From NCBI GenBank assembly GCA_041664405.1, contig JBAYKV010000002.1, forward strand, positions 1 to 39,859: a stretch of 39,859 bases of DNA, in the 5' to 3' direction. This document shows, piece by piece, positions 18,019-26,190 of the stretch. The DNA is from Syntrophales bacterium (GTDB taxonomy: Bacteria; Desulfobacterota; Syntrophia; Syntrophales; UBA8958). Numbering within the stretch: the stretch's first letter is position 1; the number at the start of each line of letters is the position of its first letter. Both the position numbers and the translations under genes were made by a program. The notes under the pieces were generated by a model that worked only from the letters and a program-made list of their open reading frames with translations, had not been told where the DNA came from and ran no database searches.

Positions 18019-19206
18019 TTAGTAGCGCCGTCTGATTCCTTGGGTGACAGTGTAGATTAGCTGGCGGAAAATCTCCCCGAATCTTGAATAATGAACGGGA
18101 AAGGATGTATCTGATATTCTTGCCCGTTTTCGCTGTCCCTGAATGGCCGCCGGTGGGAATAAAGTGCGGTACATGAAATGCCCCTTTCCTTTCACGCCGG
18201 TATTCATGGCCAGGTAGAGTAGATAACTGCTCCCGCGGATTCGGAAACCATGGGACTGAAGATACTGAAAGAAACGCTGTTCCCAGGTTAGTCGATCGGG
18301 ACGGAGGCGGTCCATAATCCGGCTGGGAACCGATCCCGGGCTTAAGTGTTCCATTGCCGCCAATCCAAAATAAACAAGATCCGTAAGATGAAAGTCCTCG
18401 CTTTCCTGAACGACAAATTCCCAATCCAGTTGATCCTTGCAGGTGGTCAGGACCTGTTGGAGATCATAGACTAAAATCAGGCGGTTAAAGGAGTGATTTA
18501 TCCTCAGGGCGTGCTCACAAAGGCAGATGAGCAAATGTTCCGGCGCCAGTATCCTGCTCTCCACATTATCCAGTTGAACCATCCGGGCGAACTGCCATAA
18601 ACGGTCCACATTCATGAATTTTGAAAAAACAAATGCCGGTACGGAGGTATTTACCGGGTGCCAGTGGATATGGAGGATCGGAGAGCCGACATTGGGCTGC
18701 CGGTATTCCAGGCTTGATAGGTAACCCTCGGGAGTTATGAGGTCTGGATGGCTATCAACATCGACAGCCCCATACCCGAAACCTCTGAGACATGAGTCGA
18801 TTATGGTGAGATCCGACTTCCGGATCAGGAGATCGACGTCCGACATGCCGCGCATGGCAATACTGGGATAGATATATTCGGCGAGGGCAAAACCTTTCAG
18901 GAGCAAGTGGGGGGCGCCGCACTCGTTTAACATGGCCAAAACTAATTTTAGATGCCCGCGGAGGGACAAATTTGATATGAGATTTTGATGGAATCTTCGC
19001 GCCAGCGCCTGACTATAGACCAGAGGGACGCGACCAGTCAGCACCCTTTTCTTCAGAAGATAAAACAGAACCGCGGCCACATCTTCCTCATATCCGCAAT
19101 GGACAAACTTGTGCCAGTTGTAAGGAGAATCTGGAATGTAGTTCTGACCGGCAAAAAGGAGATTGCGGATAAGTTTGGTTTCCGGAGACGACGGTGTGTA
19201 TTTCAT
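18019..19206 (-). CDS. Uncharacterised nucleotidyltransferase family protein (PF14907/NTP_transf_5-like)
   Basis: 395 aa. AMRGMSDVDLLIRKSD fits the polymerase-beta-type G-S...D-x-D nucleotidyltransferase motif. ATGA overlap with the ABC exporter stop at 19203-19206. Confidence 0.65.
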   Translation of the reverse strand: MKYTPSSPETKLIRNLLFAGQNYIPDSPYNWHKFVHCGYEEDVAAVLFYLLKKRVLTGRVPLVYSQALARRFHQNLISNLSLRGHLKLVLAMLNECGAPHLLLKGFALAEYIYPSIAMRGMSDVDLLIRKSDLTIIDSCLRGFGYGAVDVDSHPDLITPEGYLSSLEYRQPNVGSPILHIHWHPVNTSVPAFVFSKFMNVDRLWQFARMVQLDNVESRILAPEHLLICLCEHALRINHSFNRLILVYDLQQVLTTCKDQLDWEFVVQESEDFHLTDLVYFGLAAMEHLSPGSVPSRIMDRLRPDRLTWEQRFFQYLQSHGFRIRGSSYLLYLAMNTGVKGKGHFMYRTLFPPAAIQGQRKRARISDTSFPVHYSRFGEIFRQLIYTVTQGIRRRY

Positions 19207-21011
19207 TTGTCGGCGCCAACGATCAGGGAAGCGTAATAAGGGTTCGCGGACATCAGCTCTTCATGAACACCGACTGCTGTCAGGCGGCTATCCTGAATGA
19301 GGAGGATGCGATCGGCATTCTTTAGAAATTCTGTCTGGTTGGAAACGATGATCACGGTTTTTCCCTTAATTGCCGGCCAAAGGGCAGAAAGGATTGACTT
19401 CCCGGTCCTCCCATCCAGAGCGGCGATCGGTTCATCGAGAAGCAGGATATCCGGATTCTTCAACAGTGCCCTGGCAATGGAGATTCGCTGCTTCTGACCT
19501 TCGGACAAAGTGACCCCTCTTTCTCCCGCGACGGTCAGATATCCCTGGGGAAGAGTTTCTATGAAATCGTGAATCCCGGCTATCCTTGCCGCGGCCGCAA
19601 TCTCACTCATAGCGGCGCCGGGGTGACCGTAAGTGATATTTTCCATGATCGTTCCGGAAAGAAACCAGTGCTGCTGGGGAACGTAACCCAAGGCTTCCCG
19701 TAGAGACTGGACGTCATATTCGGCGGCTGGCCGGGAGTCGAAATATATTTCTCCGGAAGTCGGTTTATAAAAAAGAAGCAGCAGGCTTACCAAGGTGGTT
19801 TTCCCCACCCCGCTGGGGCCGGCGATGGCAATCCGCTCTCCGGCCTTGATCGAAAAGTTGATATCTTCAAGGACCGGCTTACGTTCATCGTAGGCAAAAC
19901 ATACTCCCCGAAATTCGACGTCCCCATGCAGATTTTTTACGGAATTTCCATGGCCGTAATTTTCTTCCAGGACAAGATCAAAGAGGTGGGAGACCCTATT
20001 GGCGGAGGCAAGCGCGCTTTGCATCTGCAGATTGGCGGTTGCCAGAAATTGCGCCGGACCGAAGACATAACCAAGATAGGCCTGATACGCGAAAAGCGAA
20101 CCGAGGCTCCAGTGACCGGTAATTACCCAGTAGGCGCCGATGAAAAGTACCAGCGCCCGGGCAATGCCGGGCAGGGAATTGATGGCAGCGTTAGCCAGGG
20201 CATTTACCGTTCCCTGCTCGATAGAGATATTTACACCCTTTTTCAGGGCCGTCACGAGCTGATCCATGGTTTTCACTTCTTTAGCAAAGGCCTTGATCAA
20301 GGGGAGGGAAATAAGGGATTCCTGGAACTGACCGGAAATCATCGCCTGTGTTTCCATATTTTCATTACTGAGGATCAGGAGCCGGTCTGAAAAATATCGG
20401 GCCACAAAGATCAGCGCTGGTAAGACGGCGATCATGACCATGGTCAATCGCCAGTCAAGGTAGAGGAGAAAGCAGAAACCGCCGACGAAGCGAACAGTAT
20501 TTTCCATTATCCCGACCATGGTACTAGAAAAGAACCAGCCCATCCCCTGCACATCCGATTCCAGACGGTTCATAAGATAGCCGGTCTGAATTCTGTCAAA
20601 GAACTTTTTGGGATAATGAAATACCCGCTCCAGGAGTGAGGATTGAATATCGAGGATGACCTCCTGGTCGAAACGATCAAAATAGTGCTGCTGATAAAGG
20701 CTTAACAGCCTGTCAGCAGCGGTGATGGCGATTATGATCAGGATCGTTGGCGCCAGCAAGCACAGTTGCCGGTTCATAATGACGTCATCGATGAGATAGC
20801 GGGTAATCATAGGTAGTGGGAAGCTAAGCCCTGCCGTAAGAAAGACCAGCCCGATGCCAACGATAAATCGGGTTTTGTGTTTTCCTGCATAGGTGGAGAA
20901 TTGTCGATAGAGTTCACTGAGTGCCCGGTCGGAAGACGGAGTAGAATGAATACGGTCCGGAGTACGTTTGCGGGAGAGCCCGGCTTTTAGATATTGGCGC
21001 CAGCTTTTCAT
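19203..21011 (-). CDS. ABC exporter, fused permease/ATPase (type I, MsbA-like); no N-terminal C39 peptidase domain
   Basis: 602 aa. Six-helix TMD, then Walker A GPSGVGKTT, signature LSEGQKQRISIA and Walker B ILLLDEP. Confidence 0.9.
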   Translation of the reverse strand: MKSWRQYLKAGLSRKRTPDRIHSTPSSDRALSELYRQFSTYAGKHKTRFIVGIGLVFLTAGLSFPLPMITRYLIDDVIMNRQLCLLAPTILIIIAITAADRLLSLYQQHYFDRFDQEVILDIQSSLLERVFHYPKKFFDRIQTGYLMNRLESDVQGMGWFFSSTMVGIMENTVRFVGGFCFLLYLDWRLTMVMIAVLPALIFVARYFSDRLLILSNENMETQAMISGQFQESLISLPLIKAFAKEVKTMDQLVTALKKGVNISIEQGTVNALANAAINSLPGIARALVLFIGAYWVITGHWSLGSLFAYQAYLGYVFGPAQFLATANLQMQSALASANRVSHLFDLVLEENYGHGNSVKNLHGDVEFRGVCFAYDERKPVLEDINFSIKAGERIAIAGPSGVGKTTLVSLLLLFYKPTSGEIYFDSRPAAEYDVQSLREALGYVPQQHWFLSGTIMENITYGHPGAAMSEIAAAARIAGIHDFIETLPQGYLTVAGERGVTLSEGQKQRISIARALLKNPDILLLDEPIAALDGRTGKSILSALWPAIKGKTVIIVSNQTEFLKNADRILLIQDSRLTAVGVHEELMSANPYYASLIVGADK

Positions 21012-21049
21012 ATATTTAAGGAGCCGGAAATGTCATATTATGGCAGAGT

Positions 21050-21919
21050 TTATAAAAGTTTTTTGTCGAGCAAAAGGCAGGCCTTTTCGAATTCCTCTTC
21101 AATATCGCCGGCCAAACTGACATGGAATCGGCAAGCGGGAATGGCAGCGGCTGCGTTGCAGACATTCTGAAAGACCCTCTCTTTCAAGGCAAGAGCAGCA
21201 TCGTTATTGGTGTCCAGAAATCCCCGTAGCGATTTACCAAAAGCGGCGCGGGTCATCAGGATGGACGTCTCACCCGGGCCGATGGGAGTTACCAGGTATT
21301 TGCGGTCCGGAAAAATAAAGAATATGTGGGAGATGGGGAGCGCTTGCTGAACAGGCCAGCTTTCCAGATCATCACATTTCAGTAAGTGGCTCCAGGTCGG
21401 AAAAGGGTGCCCCCGGTAACAGCCCTGCTGGTTGCGGACAATCAACGTTTCTTCATCGCAACGGATTTGATAGGCATTTGCCAGTCGTCGGCATAAAGTT
21501 GATTTGCCTGTTCCGGATGGTCCGGTAATTAAAATGCCTTGGCCGTTCCTTTCAATCAACCCGGCGTGAACGAGGAAACCCCACCGGCGGATGGCTTCCT
21601 GAAAAACCGGCGTCAGGGCGTGTTGAATATAGTAGATATCACGCCGTCTTCCCCGGCGTTGGTTGAATCGGCAGTGCCAATCATGAGAGCCGCTTTCCGC
21701 CCAGATGGTTACGAACCCTGAATCATGAACGATCCCGGGAGGATGCTCCGCTCCTCTGTTCACATGAAAGGTTAAACTGGCAGTAGGGTGGGGATGCTCG
21801 TGGCGCTTTAGCTTCAGGACAGCGGCGAATTTATCCAGCCAGGTCTGGAGGGGCATTCCGGCTGCAAAAGTCCAGCGCTGACCGTCGGCGAGTTCAAGAC
21901 GCCAAGGGCAGTTCACCAT
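21050..21919 (-). CDS. HPr kinase/phosphorylase C-terminal-domain-like P-loop protein (candidate peptide Ser kinase; ScmC-like)
   Basis: 289 aa. FLVHAGLIERNGQGILITGPSGTGKSTLCRRL...IRCDEETLI matches the HprK C-domain pattern (LHA..v...g.gvLi.G.SG.GKS....L......l..DD...i). Confidence 0.65.
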   Translation of the reverse strand: MVNCPWRLELADGQRWTFAAGMPLQTWLDKFAAVLKLKRHEHPHPTASLTFHVNRGAEHPPGIVHDSGFVTIWAESGSHDWHCRFNQRRGRRRDIYYIQHALTPVFQEAIRRWGFLVHAGLIERNGQGILITGPSGTGKSTLCRRLANAYQIRCDEETLIVRNQQGCYRGHPFPTWSHLLKCDDLESWPVQQALPISHIFFIFPDRKYLVTPIGPGETSILMTRAAFGKSLRGFLDTNNDAALALKERVFQNVCNAAAAIPACRFHVSLAGDIEEEFEKACLLLDKKLL

Positions 21920-21961
21920 GTAAAATCATTCAGGGCAAAACTAAAATCGCTCATGGCAACC

Positions 21962-22249
21962 TTAGCCGCCGCCACTGGGGTGTACACCTTGACCGGTATT
22001 GCACATATTTGTGGCACTCTGTCCTACCTGGCAAACTAAAGCTCCCGTAGCTCCCTTGCCCACGGAGCAATTATTTGAGGCTGAAGGACCGAGTATACAA
22101 GCTTGTAGAGCAGAATCACCCCTTCCGCACTGACTTGTGGCGCTATTACCGCGCCCGCAATTGACGCTTGCCCCTTGCACCTCCCAGACCTCCTTGCCCA
22201 TCAGATTAACAAGAACCGGTTTTTCGTAGATCAACTTTTTCTCTTTCAT
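21962..22249 (-). CDS. Candidate RiPP precursor peptide: ~30-aa leader + six-Cys decapeptide-repeat core
   Basis: 95 aa: MKEKKLIYEKPVLVNLMGKEVWEVQGASVN-CGRGNSATSQ-CGRGDSALQA-CILGPSASNN-CSVGKGATGALV-CQVGQSATNM-CNTGQGVHPSGGG. AAGGAGG lies 7 nt upstream of the ATG. ATGA overlap with the stop of the upstream rSAM gene at 22246-22249. Flanked by maturase-type genes. Confidence 0.6.
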   Translation of the reverse strand: MKEKKLIYEKPVLVNLMGKEVWEVQGASVNCGRGNSATSQCGRGDSALQACILGPSASNNCSVGKGATGALVCQVGQSATNMCNTGQGVHPSGGG

Positions 22250-23382
22250 ACAACGCCTCCTTTTGAAGGTAAGGAAAGGCCGCCGGGACGAAGGCGTGTT
22301 TCCGGAAACAACCCCTGCCGGCTAGCCTCTTCACAATACCAGAACGGCGCCCAGAGATCATGGGAGCTGTAATAATTCTGGGCAATACAACTGCCCAGGC
22401 ATACCTGCTGCATGACACAGATTGAGCAAGTCCCTTTGAGTTGCCGGGGCATCCCGGCGCGAAGCTCCTCAAGGACGGGGTTATGGAGCCAGACATCCGA
22501 CAGGGAATCCCGGGACGCATTTCCGAAAACGAGCTCCGGCACCGTGGCACCGATCCCGCACAGGGCATAGGCGCCGTCGGCAAGGACGCCAAGAATCCTC
22601 AAAATACCACAGCAGTAACATCCATCCCCATTGGTACCGAACATTTTTCCGAGCCCGCGAAAGGCCGCGGGGTGGTGAAAGCACAAGGGCAGGTCCGTGG
22701 ATGCCGAGAGTTCATTGTCCACGTACGTTCCGATCGCGATGAGTTCTTCAATGGTCAGGGTTTCCCCCCGAGCATGCATCTGAACTCCCCTTGCTGTAGG
22801 CTGAACAATATTGAATTTCACCGAACCGGCGCCAATGGTCTCTGCGAGTTTAATGACGGCAGGTATCTGATCCCTGTTACGGCGCATGACCGTCATGATG
22901 ACTTGGGGTCTTAGTCCCGCGTTTACCAGGTTTTCAATTCCGCGCAGAGTTTCATGAAAACATCCCTCTTTACCACGAATCCAGTCATGGGTCACCTCGT
23001 CCATGCCGTCCAGACTGACGGCCACGGAAACCTCTTTACAGGCGGCGATCATTCGTGACAGTTCTGGTGTGCATAATGTGGCATTTGTTTCCACGGAAAC
23101 GCCTATCTGCTTGTCCCGGGTAATTGTCAGCAATTCACCGATCCGGGGATGGAGAAGGGGTTCTCCTCCTGTCAGTTTGATGTGGTTAAGACCCATCGGC
23201 AGCGCCTGGTCGATGATCGTGGCAAACAGTTTCGGAGCAAGGGCGGTCAATGCCTTTTTGGCGGCAACATAAGCAGGTTCCATCCAGCAGTGGCGGCAAC
23301 GCAGATTGCAGCTGTCGGTAAGATAGAAGTAGAGCTGGCTCAAGGGATGAGAGCCCGATTTGTCTTCTAATTCACTATTCAT
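22246..23382 (-). CDS. Radical SAM/SPASM-domain peptide-modifying enzyme (second of two)
   Basis: 378 aa. CNLRCRHC (CxxxCxxC) near the N-terminus. C-terminal Cys-rich SPASM region (CYCCGILRILGVLADGAYALCG...CSICVMQQVCLGSC). 8-nt overlap with the upstream rSAM gene. Confidence 0.9.
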   Translation of the reverse strand: MNSELEDKSGSHPLSQLYFYLTDSCNLRCRHCWMEPAYVAAKKALTALAPKLFATIIDQALPMGLNHIKLTGGEPLLHPRIGELLTITRDKQIGVSVETNATLCTPELSRMIAACKEVSVAVSLDGMDEVTHDWIRGKEGCFHETLRGIENLVNAGLRPQVIMTVMRRNRDQIPAVIKLAETIGAGSVKFNIVQPTARGVQMHARGETLTIEELIAIGTYVDNELSASTDLPLCFHHPAAFRGLGKMFGTNGDGCYCCGILRILGVLADGAYALCGIGATVPELVFGNASRDSLSDVWLHNPVLEELRAGMPRQLKGTCSICVMQQVCLGSCIAQNYYSSHDLWAPFWYCEEASRQGLFPETRLRPGGLSLPSKGGVV

Positions 23383-24493
23383 GACTGGCAGTTACCTCCG
23401 GGAGGCGGCCTCCCTGGTTCAAGAATCGCCATAGACAGGAATCGGGGCTGGGATGATCAATTTCGCCGATGAGGGTATAGGCCGTTGCCGGACAGTTACC
23501 CGTGCAATAAGGGGTATAGGGGCAGTCCCGGCAAAAGGGGAAATGGTCAAGCGATATCCGGGAGCGTTGTCTTAGTCCCTGTAGTTTTGGATGGCGTTGC
23601 CAGACATCCCAAAGGTCATCACGGTTGATGTGGCCCAGGTTCACATGACCCAATTGCAGGCAGGGGACGATGACCCCGTCCGCGCGGACAGCCATGGTCT
23701 TCATGGCGCCATTGCACCCGGTGAGAAATCCCCGACCTTCCGGCCGTTCACGGCTTTCACGCCGGGCCCGTTCCATTTCCAGCCAGAACTGTGCATCCGC
23801 CAAGGGACCGGCAGTGGCATTGATCCGACCTTCATACTTGGCGGCAAGTGTGAGTAGGGTTTCCATGGCTAGTGTTTGCTCTTCTGTCGTAAGTTGGGTC
23901 TGGGCGGCGTTTCTCCGGCACAACCCCATGTGGGAGGCAGAATTGGTGGAAAAAGAAGGAATTTCGAGTTCCTCAAGCAGAAATCGGGTAATATCCTCGA
24001 GTTCATGGACATTTTTCCGGTGAATGGTTACGCGGACAGTTACGGGCAAATTATTTGCCTGTAAGGCACGTATGCCACGAACAGCCTTCAAAAAGTTGCC
24101 TTCTCCCCGGAAGGCGTCATGGGTGGTATCGATTGCCCCGTCGATAGAGATCTGAATGAGATCGCAGCGGCCGGTCGAGGCCAGGAATGCAGCCGTGTCA
24201 TTATCAATGAGGGTACCGTTGCTGAGAATGGAAAAACGCATCCGATTGGCCACAATGGATTGGATGATGTCCCGAAGGTCTTTGCGGTAAAAAGGTTCAC
24301 CACCTGAAAGAGTGACGGTCATAATCCCGCCACTGCCCAATTCGGCAAAAAACTGGCACCATGATTCAAGAGGGAGGTCTTCTTTAACATCTCCAGGAGC
24401 TGAAAAATGACTGCAATATGCACAGCGGAGATTACAGAAACTCGTGATCTCAATATCGACATTGCGGGGGGTCTTCATCACCTGCGCAGCCAT
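23375..24493 (-). CDS. Radical SAM/SPASM-domain peptide-modifying enzyme (first of two)
   Basis: CNLRCAYC motif and a SPASM region (CNGAMKTMAVRADGVIVPC...CRDCPYTPYCTGNC). I chose ATG 24493 because GAGGA lies 4 nt upstream and it sits 8 nt after the PqqD-like stop. The track ORF extends to 24550, and another ATG lies at 24514. Confidence 0.88.
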   Translation of the reverse strand: MAAQVMKTPRNVDIEITSFCNLRCAYCSHFSAPGDVKEDLPLESWCQFFAELGSGGIMTVTLSGGEPFYRKDLRDIIQSIVANRMRFSILSNGTLIDNDTAAFLASTGRCDLIQISIDGAIDTTHDAFRGEGNFLKAVRGIRALQANNLPVTVRVTIHRKNVHELEDITRFLLEELEIPSFSTNSASHMGLCRRNAAQTQLTTEEQTLAMETLLTLAAKYEGRINATAGPLADAQFWLEMERARRESRERPEGRGFLTGCNGAMKTMAVRADGVIVPCLQLGHVNLGHINRDDLWDVWQRHPKLQGLRQRSRISLDHFPFCRDCPYTPYCTGNCPATAYTLIGEIDHPSPDSCLWRFLNQGGRLPEVTASHE

Positions 24494-24500
24494 ATGATCC

Positions 24501-24788
24501 TCATTCAGCTTCATAAACAGCCAGACCGATATCGATCGTGGCCTGAACAAAATCTTCGAGCTGGGCTTTCATGTCGCTGGGAATCGCTTCTGCCCGTTTG
24601 TGGACAATATCTGCAATATCATCAATGCTATGCCGACCGTCGAGGTGTTTCCAGATGAGGACGCCAATTGGGTTGAGGCCGAAGGCATTACCCGTTTCCG
24701 GATCGAACAGGATGGCCCAGTCGTCGAACTCCTCCCGGAGTATTACCAGAGGATTAGCAATAACATTTTTTATATCATGCTCATTCAT
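24501..24788 (-). CDS. PqqD-family protein (RiPP recognition element / peptide chaperone)
   Basis: NPLVILREEFDDWAILFDPETGNAFGLNPIGVLIWKHLDGRHSIDDIADIV is a typical PqqD pattern. The start is uncertain: ATG 24788 (95 aa) or 24854 (117 aa, overlapping the upstream ATPase gene by 20 nt). Confidence 0.7.
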   Translation of the reverse strand: MNEHDIKNVIANPLVILREEFDDWAILFDPETGNAFGLNPIGVLIWKHLDGRHSIDDIADIVHKRAEAIPSDMKAQLEDFVQATIDIGLAVYEAE

Positions 24789-24834
24789 ACGGTGGATTAT
24801 AGCCCGTGGATGTGAAAGTGTCAATCTGAAAAGA

Positions 24835-25629
24835 CTAAAGGGAATCTCTGACAACCTTTAAAATCAGCGGTTCGTCAATTTCCTGGACTTTCAGGCTGAA
24901 GCCGATCAGCAGCGCCAAGTCACAAACATTGTTGATCTTCCGTGGAATGCCCCCGGAGTATTGATAAATGGCATCATACGCCTTTTCCGTGAATAGCTCA
25001 CGATCACAACCTGCCTTGCTGAGGCGGAAACGGATGTAACTGGACGTTTCTGACCGCGGCAGAGGATTGAGGTGATACCTTATGGCGATGCGTTGATCAA
25101 GCTGTTTATATTCACGGATCATATCTCGCAGTTCCGGCTGGCCAATGAGGAGGAAAGTCATCAGAAAACGATCGTTCATCTGGAAGTTTAACAAGAGACG
25201 GATCTCTTCGAACGTCTCACCGAAAATGAGCTGGGCTTCGTCAATAATCAACAAGGTGCTCTTTCCCTTGTTCAGGTTGTCCAGCAGGTGGTTATTGAGG
25301 ATAACAAGCAGATCGGTTTTGGAATTGGAATTGGAATCCAGTCCCAATTGGTAATGAACCTCTTTTATGAAATCCAGGGCGTTCAAGGAGGGATTAGTGA
25401 TGAGACCGATGTCAAATTCCTTTTCAGGTAGTTGTTGTATAAAGACCCTGCTCAAGGTCGTTTTCCCACTGCCGATATCACCAGTGAGGAGTGCGGCGCC
25501 CTTCATCCTTTTAACGGCATACAGTAGGCGGACGAGGGCTTCTTCGTGTTCCGGAGAATAGTACATGAAGTCCGGATCGGGGACGTTCTCAAAGGGATAC
25601 TTATTGATTTTCCAGTAATCTAAATACAT
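24835..25629 (-). CDS. ExeA/GspA-like AAA ATPase (type found in PEP-CTERM/EPS loci)
   Basis: 264 aa. YLDYWKINKYPFENVPDPDFMYYSPEHEEAL...LTGDIGSGKTTL...LLIIDEAQ is the characteristic ExeA-family N-terminus with Walker A and B. Confidence 0.8.
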   Translation of the reverse strand: MYLDYWKINKYPFENVPDPDFMYYSPEHEEALVRLLYAVKRMKGAALLTGDIGSGKTTLSRVFIQQLPEKEFDIGLITNPSLNALDFIKEVHYQLGLDSNSNSKTDLLVILNNHLLDNLNKGKSTLLIIDEAQLIFGETFEEIRLLLNFQMNDRFLMTFLLIGQPELRDMIREYKQLDQRIAIRYHLNPLPRSETSSYIRFRLSKAGCDRELFTEKAYDAIYQYSGGIPRKINNVCDLALLIGFSLKVQEIDEPLILKVVRDSL

Positions 25630-26072
25630 TTTATCATTCCATCAATGGCCATATAAATTTCTGAAAAACAGAGGCGATAATTATAAACCGACTGTCTGTA
25701 CGGGTCACGTATATCCTGGTTGACGCCATCGTAATCTCTGGCAAATGTTTTCAGGAGTCGAATCTTTTCCTCATATTGTGGATAGTCGCCGATAAGCTGC
25801 TGCCGATGAGCGTTTTCCATCACTACAATCCAGTCTGCTTCCCCTATCATAACATCTGAAATCGGCCTGGAAAAATGGAGATAACCGTCATAGCCATGCT
25901 CTTCCAGCATTTTTATCGCTGCGGGATCGCCGGCAGCGCCATGCATGTCGATCATTCCGGCGGAACAAGCGATGATGTCATTTCTCTTGAGCTTAGCCAA
26001 TCTTCCCTTCAATATCCTCTCTGCCATGAAGCTCCTGACGATATTGGCGGTGCAGATAAATAAGATAGTCAT
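25620..26072 (-). CDS. Low-molecular-weight protein-tyrosine phosphatase (Wzb-like)
   Basis: 150 aa. N-terminal P-loop ILFICTANIVRS (CX5R-S) and a C-terminal DP loop (DIRDPY). 10-nt overlap with the downstream ATPase gene. Confidence 0.8.
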   Translation of the reverse strand: MTILFICTANIVRSFMAERILKGRLAKLKRNDIIACSAGMIDMHGAAGDPAAIKMLEEHGYDGYLHFSRPISDVMIGEADWIVVMENAHRQQLIGDYPQYEEKIRLLKTFARDYDGVNQDIRDPYRQSVYNYRLCFSEIYMAIDGMIKCI

Positions 26073-26190
26073 CTACAATTGGTGCATTCGCAAAAAGTCA
26101 AAAATCCCGACACAATTACGCTCCTACAAAATACAGGCTAAATATACAAGATATTATCGAGGTAAAAAATCATTACTCTATCATGACCAA

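Noticed and set aside
22175-22592. Alternative ORFs (65 aa on the plus strand, 128 aa on the minus strand) overlapping the candidate precursor and the rSAM 3' end
   Set aside because: Neither has an SD or any repeat structure. The 95-aa minus-strand frame has a consensus AAGGAGG, an ATGA coupling to the upstream rSAM stop and a periodic Cys repeat.
18019-24854. Interpretation of the cassette as a PQQ, lasso-peptide or SCIFF locus
   Set aside because: There is no PqqA-like E-x-x-x-Y peptide and no PqqB or PqqC. There is no asparagine-synthetase-like lasso cyclase or transglutaminase-like protease. SCIFF systems have one maturase and a ~45-aa peptide with a C-terminal Cys cluster, unlike the 95-aa decapeptide-repeat ORF here.
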